From assembly GCA_965222605.1 (NCBI GenBank), contig OZ244960.1, positions 2,912,001 to 2,976,000 of the forward strand: a stretch of 64,000 nt of DNA, given 5' to 3'. The notes below the pieces were generated by a model. That model was given only the letters and a program-made list of their open reading frames with translations, ran no database searches and was not told the DNA's origin. This DNA comes from Candidatus Latescibacterota bacterium. GTDB lineage: Bacteria; Latescibacterota; UBA2968. The translations under genes were made by a program, and so were the position numbers. Position 1 is the stretch's first letter. Each line of letters opens with the position of its first letter. Shown here piece by piece: positions 57,539 to 64,000 of this stretch.

Positions 57539-57772
57539 TTATAATCTGTCCCATTCGCGCCGAAGCTCCTCAGCAGAAGGTAGATCTGTACGATCTTTCC
57601 ACATTCCGCGAGCACTCTGAAGCAAGGCGCGTCGGTCTGACTGCTGAAATTGCGAAATCATAAGATTAATAGCATCGCGCAGTAATTCATCCTGGCTCTT
57701 GCCAGTCTCGCGTGCAATTGTCATAAGACAATCATTTTCGCGATCTGTCAGATCAATGTGAACTATAGCCAT
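57539..57772 (-). CDS. RHH/CopG-type antitoxin
   Basis: Directly upstream of vapC; ARETGKSQDELLRDAI...RGMWKDR...LRREWDR. Confidence 0.85.
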   Translation of the reverse strand: MAIVHIDLTDRENDCLMTIARETGKSQDELLRDAINLMISQFQQSDRRALLQSARGMWKDRTDLPSAEELRREWDRL

Positions 57773-57960
57773 AACGTTCCTTTTTAATTATTGTGAGGCA
57801 ACGTGACGCTCATAATAGCTGTCCATAAAATGAATAGTTAAGAAAATCATCCCTTGCCTGTCAAGCCAATTCTGTCAGAGCACGTGATGCTTGTCTCCGC
57901 GTGAACTTCTGAGCTTGCGAGAGGAAGCAAGGGGCTGAACTTTATCGAAAGGACTTTCCC

Positions 57961-58932
57961 ATGCAAACAGTAAAATGGGGCATCATCGGTTGTGGTAACG
58001 TATGCGAAGTAAAAAGTGGCCCGGGATTTTACAAAGCGGACCACTCAGAACTCGTCATCGTCATGCGTCGAGACGGTGAAAAAGCCGCGGACTTCGCCAA
58101 ACGCCACGGCGTATCGCAATCCACCAACAACGCCGACGAAGTCATCCATCATCCCGACGTCAACGCCGTGTACATCGCCACCCCGCCCTCCTCACACTGC
58201 GAATACGCCCTGCGAGTTGCCGAAGCGGGCAAACCCTGTTATGTCGAAAAACCCATGGCCATGAACCACCGCGAATGCGTACAAATGGTCGAAGCCTTCA
58301 AAGCCAAAAACCTTCCCCTCTACGTCGCCTATTACCGCCGCAGACTCCCGCGCTTCACAAAAGTCCGCCAACTCCTCCGCGAAGGCGCCATAGGAACCCT
58401 CACATCTGTACACATCGTCCAATACGGCAAACTCGACACAAACCCCAACAACTGGCGATTCGACCCATCCATCGCCGGCGCGGGCAAATTCCTCGACCTC
58501 GCATCACACGGCATCGACATCCTCGACTTCCTCGTCAGCCCCATCACCCGCGCCAGCGGCTTCGCACTCAACACCGGCGGAACGTACGAAGCCGAAGACG
58601 TAACAACCGCTGCGTTTGAATTTGAAAGCGGCGTCCTGGGCACAGGCACCTGGAACTTCCACGCCGACCACGCCGACAACCGCATCACATTCACAGGCTC
58701 CGAAGGCGAAATCCAAACACCCGTCTTCGCAGACACCGACATCATCCTCAAACGCAATAGCACAGAAGAAAGCATATCCGCACCCAATCCACCACACGTC
58801 CAACAACCCCTGATACAAACCATCGTCAACGAACTGCGCGGCAAAGGCCAATGCGTATCCACCGGCGAAAGCGGTGCCCGTGCATCATGGGTCATGGACC
58901 AGTGTCTGATCACCTACTACGGCGAGCGATAG
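57961..58932 (+). CDS. Gfo/Idh/MocA oxidoreductase
   Basis: GIIGCG, YIATPP, EKPMA, DLASHGID. Confidence 0.92.
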   Translation: MQTVKWGIIGCGNVCEVKSGPGFYKADHSELVIVMRRDGEKAADFAKRHGVSQSTNNADEVIHHPDVNAVYIATPPSSHCEYALRVAEAGKPCYVEKPMAMNHRECVQMVEAFKAKNLPLYVAYYRRRLPRFTKVRQLLREGAIGTLTSVHIVQYGKLDTNPNNWRFDPSIAGAGKFLDLASHGIDILDFLVSPITRASGFALNTGGTYEAEDVTTAAFEFESGVLGTGTWNFHADHADNRITFTGSEGEIQTPVFADTDIILKRNSTEESISAPNPPHVQQPLIQTIVNELRGKGQCVSTGESGARASWVMDQCLITYYGER

Positions 58933-58957
58933 TCGTTCAAAAAAAAAGGAGAACACC

Positions 58958-59905
58958 GTGAAATCCGTAAGACTCCTCAGCGTCTCATTTCCCAGAGGTG
59001 GGTACAAAAACGTAGAACAAAATGTAGAACACATGGTACGCCACCTCGAAGAAACAGCCCCGTACCGCCCCGACTTTGTGTGCTTCACCGAAGTCGCGCG
59101 AGAACTCGGCTGTCCGCAAGACAGCGATGCCTGGATGGGCGAACCCATACCCGGTCCCGCAACAGAAGCTATTGGCAAAGTAGCCGCGGAAATTGGCACC
59201 CATGTCATCGTCGGCATGCAAGAGCGGTGGGAAGACCAGACCTTCAACGCGGCCGTCCTGATCGGTCGAGACGGAAACGTCATGGGTCGCTACCACAAAG
59301 TACAACCCACCGTCAACGAAATGGCGCGCGGCACCCTGCCCGGCACACAGGCCAACACGTATGCCACAGACTGTGGTCGCGTGGGCATGTGTATCTGCTT
59401 TGACCTCAAATTCCCCGAAGTCGCCATGATGCTCGCCCGCTCGGGTGCGCGCATGGTCTTCTTCCCCAGCATGTTCAACGGCGGCATGCGACACGCCGCC
59501 TGGGCACGCGATTACGGCGTCTTCCTCGTCGTTAGCCAATCCCAGGAAAGCTCCATCACCGACATGTGCGGCCACCGCCTCGCCTGGCAAGGATATAGTG
59601 AACCCCTCGTGGAACAAGGCAAACTCCCGCCCTTTGCATTTGCCGAAATCAACGCAGACACCAAAGCGTATCACCTCGACTTCAACCAGAACAAACTCGG
59701 CGACATACACAGCACCTATCGCGCAGGCGTCCGCATCCACATCATGCGCCCCGAAGCCACATTCGTACTCGAATCCCTCATGGATGATATATCCGTAGAA
59801 GATATCGAAGCAGAATTTGAACTCGAAGACCTGTGGACCTATTACGACCGCTCGCGCACCATGCGCGACGAATGTCTCACAGAACCCGTCGCAATCACCA
59901 ACTAA
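58958..59905 (+). CDS. Carbon-nitrogen hydrolase (nitrilase superfamily)
   Basis: E-K-C triad: FTE, YHK, ICFD. Confidence 0.9.
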   Translation: MKSVRLLSVSFPRGGYKNVEQNVEHMVRHLEETAPYRPDFVCFTEVARELGCPQDSDAWMGEPIPGPATEAIGKVAAEIGTHVIVGMQERWEDQTFNAAVLIGRDGNVMGRYHKVQPTVNEMARGTLPGTQANTYATDCGRVGMCICFDLKFPEVAMMLARSGARMVFFPSMFNGGMRHAAWARDYGVFLVVSQSQESSITDMCGHRLAWQGYSEPLVEQGKLPPFAFAEINADTKAYHLDFNQNKLGDIHSTYRAGVRIHIMRPEATFVLESLMDDISVEDIEAEFELEDLWTYYDRSRTMRDECLTEPVAITN

Positions 59906-59917
59906 CAAGGAGGCTAC

Positions 59918-60496
59918 ATGCAACTTTTTGACGGCAAAACCCTCAACGGCTGGGCAGCCACCGGCAATCCCGACGGTTGGGTTGTGGATCACGGCTGTAT
60001 CTTCTGCACCGCAGAACAAGGGAAATACCTGTACTACATAGAAGATCAATTCAAAAACTTTGAACTCTCGCTCGAGTTCAAACACCCGCCTAAAACCAAC
60101 AGCGGCGTCTTCTTCCGCTGGACCGATCTGGACAACCCCGTGCAAACGGGTATTGAAATCCAAATTCTGGACACGTATGGTCATGACCCCGCAACCGTCA
60201 AATGCTGCGGCTCAGTCTATGATTTACAAGCCCCCACGCACAACACCTGCAAACCCGCGGGCGAATGGAATCACATGATCCTCTACGCCATGGACAACAT
60301 CATCCGCGTCACCTTAAACGGCGAGCAAATCACCGACATGGACCTCAATCGCTGGACCACGCCGAACCAGAACCCCGACGGCACGCGCAACAAATTCAAC
60401 CGCGCATTCCGCGAAATGACCGACCCCGGCTACATCGGCCTACAAGACCACGGCAACCAGATCTGGTTCCGCAACATAGACATTGAAAAACTCTAA
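59918..60496 (+). CDS. DUF1080 (3-keto-disaccharide hydrolase) domain protein
   Basis: LFDGKTLNGW, NSGVFFR, EIQILD, GYIGLQDHG, FRNI. Confidence 0.9.
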   Translation: MQLFDGKTLNGWAATGNPDGWVVDHGCIFCTAEQGKYLYYIEDQFKNFELSLEFKHPPKTNSGVFFRWTDLDNPVQTGIEIQILDTYGHDPATVKCCGSVYDLQAPTHNTCKPAGEWNHMILYAMDNIIRVTLNGEQITDMDLNRWTTPNQNPDGTRNKFNRAFREMTDPGYIGLQDHGNQIWFRNIDIEKL

Positions 60497-60513
60497 CACA
60501 TAGCACAACAACA

Positions 60514-60544
60514 AGCAGGCGCGACCAGCCCGGTCGCGCCTGCT
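60514..60544. terminator. GC-rich 13-bp stem-loop after the operon
   Basis: AGCAGGCGCGACC-AGCCC-GGTCGCGCCTGCT. Confidence 0.55.
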
Positions 60545-60563
60545 GTTACCGCGAATATTCGAT

Positions 60564-62081
60564 ATGAAGCACTACGCGCACATCATTATTCTCGCATGCC
60601 TCTTGCCGTGTACCTGCACGGCCTACGAGCTTATCGGCACAGCGACATTATCTGAAACACTCGTCGCACAGCACTACACCATCAACCCGAAGCTCGACGC
60701 CGTCATCGTCGTCGATCGCACCATCCCGACCTTTGAATACCAGACCTTCTACTGCGCGGGTTCCGCAGATGAAGCCGAAGGCAAACAAGGATGGCTCCAC
60801 TTTTTAGAGCATATTATGATTGGTACGGGAAGCTATGAACCGGGCAAACTCAACCAGATTATCGCCGACAATGGCGGACAAAGACACGCCGCGACGTATT
60901 ATCACTTCACGCGCTTTACACTCAGATTTCCAAAAGACAAATTTGACCTCGCCGTTGAGATAGACCGCAACATATATTACGATACAGTAATCGATGAAGA
61001 AGTCGTGGAAAAAGAAAAAAAGAGCGTACTGACAGAAAGAAGTCAAAGACTGACACAATCAACACGCCAATCTGCGAATTATTTTTATGGTTTGATCTAT
61101 GGAAAGAAAAATTTTAATAGCCTTGGCTCGGAGACATTTATTCGACAACTCGAACCCGTTGGCTTGAAAGATTACTACGAAAATTTCCTGCGCGAGCAAA
61201 AAAGACTCATCGTTGTCATCGGCGATGTGGATATTGACCACGTCCTCACCAAACTCGATGAAGCTTATGGCAATGAACTGACACCGATCAAATTGTACGC
61301 GCGGCCATCCCCTGACCATGATGTGCTTGGAAAAAGATTAAAAAACTCATCGAACACTCTCAGCCTTACCATATTCAGAAAGGCCTGGTACACCCCCAAT
61401 TTAGGCCATCGCGACTATGCGGGTCTGCTCATTGTGGAACGTCTGCTGGAAAAGCCCTCAAATTCCCTGGGTGCTTCTCTGGTCGATTCTCGGCTCGCAA
61501 AATCTTTCAGCATATCAATAGGCAGCTATAAGGGATTCGGCTTGATGACTTGCTATGCAGAACTGCCCCATAATACATCCCGAAATACGATCCAGGACAT
61601 GATCCATGTGGCATTGGTGAATCTGAAAACCATTTCTGATGCAGAACTCAATGCCGCCCGAAACCAGCAGTTGACCACAATGTATTCCACATTTTACAAC
61701 CGATCGAGCATGGCGACTTCATTTGGCAGAGCATTTGCCCACGCCAACGATCCCTTGCTATATCCCAAATTGATACAAGACCTTAAATCCATCCGCGCAG
61801 AAGATATTCCGCGCATCATCGATCAATATCTAAAAGATGACAATTCAATCACCCACTCCCTCACAGAAATAGAAAAAAAAGAACCGCCTCCGCGAAAGCC
61901 CCGAACCCTTGGAGACTATGTACGTATAGTATTGGTATTGGTCGGTTTTCTAACGCTATTAGGCGGTCTTGTCGCGCTATTTGTATGGGGAATAAAAAAA
62001 TGGCGGAGAAAGGCCAAGACGACTTTCTCCACCTCTCAAAAGGTGATATTTAATGACAAGATTTTTAACCCCGATATTTAG
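60564..62081 (+). CDS. M16 (insulinase) peptidase subunit with C-terminal TM helix
   Basis: HFLEH (HxxEH), signal peptide, VVIGDVD. Confidence 0.82.
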   Translation: MKHYAHIIILACLLPCTCTAYELIGTATLSETLVAQHYTINPKLDAVIVVDRTIPTFEYQTFYCAGSADEAEGKQGWLHFLEHIMIGTGSYEPGKLNQIIADNGGQRHAATYYHFTRFTLRFPKDKFDLAVEIDRNIYYDTVIDEEVVEKEKKSVLTERSQRLTQSTRQSANYFYGLIYGKKNFNSLGSETFIRQLEPVGLKDYYENFLREQKRLIVVIGDVDIDHVLTKLDEAYGNELTPIKLYARPSPDHDVLGKRLKNSSNTLSLTIFRKAWYTPNLGHRDYAGLLIVERLLEKPSNSLGASLVDSRLAKSFSISIGSYKGFGLMTCYAELPHNTSRNTIQDMIHVALVNLKTISDAELNAARNQQLTTMYSTFYNRSSMATSFGRAFAHANDPLLYPKLIQDLKSIRAEDIPRIIDQYLKDDNSITHSLTEIEKKEPPPRKPRTLGDYVRIVLVLVGFLTLLGGLVALFVWGIKKWRRKAKTTFSTSQKVIFNDKIFNPDI

Positions 62082-63390
62082 CTTTATTCTGTTTGGTACC
62101 CTATCTGCGTTTGCCGAAATTCCCAACCACCACATCTTTTATCGCATCGACAAACGCGCCCCCCTCACCAGAATTGAAATTGTCTTTCTCGGCGCGGGAA
62201 GTGGTGCGGAACACCCTTCGCAGATTGGCCTTGCAGAAACAGTCTTTGATTTGATTTGGGAGGCGGCCAAAAAACAGGGACACATGGATCAACTTGAAGC
62301 ATTGGGCACCCATCTGACTATCACGACCAACAACGCATACCAGACCATCTCCATTCATGGCTTATCCGAGAACAGTGGCAAAGCAATAGAAATAGTCCGC
62401 GACCTGATATATAATCTCGCGTTTTCCGAGTATGATCTGAAATACGTAAAAGCACAACTAAGTGCTGATTACAAAAATGAGATCAAAAGAGCAACCTACA
62501 GGCTAATGAAAAACCTGGCACTGTCACAAACTCTTGGCATCATGAAAATGCGCTCATTAAAAACACTGAATGATCTCTCATTAGATGACGTCAGACAATA
62601 CGCGGATCGGCTCCTGAAAACAGACGTGATATTCTTCAAGGTCATCTCAGACCGCGATTCCACTGAAATTGCGAACGCACTTCGTCCTCTAACAAAAGAA
62701 AGGAAGATGCGCGGGCAGGCGGGTGGATTTGTACATTCATTGAATATTCCATCAACAAAGGATAAAGTTGGTCCTACTGCTTTTATTTTTGAAGGTTATT
62801 CACACGTAAAAAATGTATTCTGCCATTGGATGATCCCCTGCGGCCGCACGGGTGAAGAAAATTATATTCCAAACATGATATCGGACACGCTTGGCCGATC
62901 TCCTGAGTCCAGGTTGCTCTATAAATATTTCAGAGAAGAATTGAAATTGATCTATACGACTTATTCCAGATATCTATCCGAACAAAATGCCCGATATCTC
63001 GAAATTTATGCCGATCCCCAGCTCGATAATAGCGAAGAATTGATCACAAAAATGGCCGACTTCATCCAAAACCTGCCCGACAACCCTCGCTTTTGGGAAA
63101 CACTCAAAGAACACCGCGAAACTGACGATATATCTTTTGTCCACGACGAAACACCGCAGCAAAGCCTCAACCACGAGGTAAGCAGAGCCATTTACAATCC
63201 ACCGAGCCGCAAAGGCGGCTTTGATGCTGTCACCGATGATGAAGTGCGTGCCTTTCTCGAAAAATTCTTTGTGTCTCAGAATATGATCATGATCTTCCTC
63301 GGCCCGAAGGATCACATTACCGAAATCCTGAATACTCATTGGCCCGAAGTCGATATTCGCGTTCGCAATGCCAAAGAATTGATTGAATGA
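62053..63390 (+). CDS. M16 peptidase partner subunit (no HxxEH)
   Basis: GAGS..E...GLA, SRLLYKYFREELKLIY; overlaps the upstream gene. Confidence 0.7.
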   Translation: MTRFLTPIFSFILFGTLSAFAEIPNHHIFYRIDKRAPLTRIEIVFLGAGSGAEHPSQIGLAETVFDLIWEAAKKQGHMDQLEALGTHLTITTNNAYQTISIHGLSENSGKAIEIVRDLIYNLAFSEYDLKYVKAQLSADYKNEIKRATYRLMKNLALSQTLGIMKMRSLKTLNDLSLDDVRQYADRLLKTDVIFFKVISDRDSTEIANALRPLTKERKMRGQAGGFVHSLNIPSTKDKVGPTAFIFEGYSHVKNVFCHWMIPCGRTGEENYIPNMISDTLGRSPESRLLYKYFREELKLIYTTYSRYLSEQNARYLEIYADPQLDNSEELITKMADFIQNLPDNPRFWETLKEHRETDDISFVHDETPQQSLNHEVSRAIYNPPSRKGGFDAVTDDEVRAFLEKFFVSQNMIMIFLGPKDHITEILNTHWPEVDIRVRNAKELIE

Positions 63391-63418
63391 AAGTTACTTC
63401 ACAGTGAACTGGTCTGGA

Positions 63419-64000
63419 CTACGACCAGTTGTACACCGTCCCTCCCGTCTCCAAAAACGCATGCAATGTGTCCAAATCCATCCCCTCAATCCCCAACTCG
63501 CGCACGCTGCGCCCTGTCGTCCACCCATCAAAACCCATCACCACAGACGCGATATCCACCAGCCCCCGCATCAAAGGCGCACCCACTCCGTATTGCGCGC
63601 CCACATCGTGCCAGGCTGAAAGACCGTATGGAATATCCTCCGTGAGCCATCGGCTCTCAAGCGACCCCGGCGCCTTGAGTTGCGTCAGCATCCGGCTGCC
63701 ATTAATCGTCGCCCACAAATCGCCCTTCGGACCAAAACCCGCCCGATAAAACGCCTCATCAGCCGCCACCAGATCGTACCCCAAAGCCTTTGCGATAGCT
63801 CTGCGCTCCGCATCCACAGCCATAATCGTCTTCGCCACAGACGGGGAAACTCCCTCCTCGTAAAAATAGAACTCCCCGTGTGAATACTCAATCCGCCCCG
63901 CATTCATCAACACACCCGCGGGATGCACAACCGGATTCATAGCAGACAAACCACACGCCATCACCGTTGGATACGCCTGAATACCCGGGAAAAAAGGCGA
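63419..64000 (-). CDS. NAD/NADP octopine/nopaline (opine) dehydrogenase, 5' part outside the window
   Basis: NPVVHP, FYFYEEG, DAERRAIA, RWLTEDIPYGL. Confidence 0.85.
   Translation of the reverse strand, partial: SPFFPGIQAYPTVMACGLSAMNPVVHPAGVLMNAGRIEYSHGEFYFYEEGVSPSVAKTIMAVDAERRAIAKALGYDLVAADEAFYRAGFGPKGDLWATINGSRMLTQLKAPGSLESRWLTEDIPYGLSAWHDVGAQYGVGAPLMRGLVDIASVVMGFDGWTTGRSVRELGIEGMDLDTLHAFLETGGTVYNWS

Noticed and set aside
58985-60184. 399-aa minus-strand ORF
   Set aside because: Antisense to the nitrilase and DUF1080 genes; explained by codon bias

Overview
Bacterial chromosomal window, read by eye only (no searches or folding run). The flanks (1-9.9 kb and 42-64 kb) carry metabolic genes: a sensor kinase/NtrC pair, two lactonases, two sulfatases, two PhyH dioxygenases, ThuA, an MFS transporter, a GWxTD-TPR protein, glgC, a PQQ propeller, a nitrilase, DUF1080 and an M16 peptidase pair. 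This content resembles marine or sponge-associated Latescibacterota/Gemmatimonadota/Poribacteria-type genomes (inference only). The centre (~10.2-41.9 kb) is a mosaic defence island built on a split type I restriction-modification scaffold (hsdM 19.3 kb, hsdS 28.0 kb, hsdR 38.3 kb). It holds a Fic protein, a 1482-aa nuclease-STAND NTPase, two AlbA_2/Schlafen proteins, a PLD-nuclease/P-loop fusion, an HNH Lamassu/ABC-three-component system, an Rpn nuclease, a HIRAN protein, IS1380, and several antitoxins whose toxins are cut to stubs. The most distinctive element is a 4016-bp IS1595-family cargo transposon (23064-27079) with perfect 25-bp terminal inverted repeats and an 8-bp target duplication. 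It carries a leishmanolysin-like lipoprotein protease and small ORFs behind predicted attenuator-like RNA leaders, with a possible loop-loop antisense circuit. A tnpB-only IS200/IS605 element with a rearranged RuvC interrupts a gntR-SPFH operon. No CRISPR array, tRNA, rRNA or integrase was seen.
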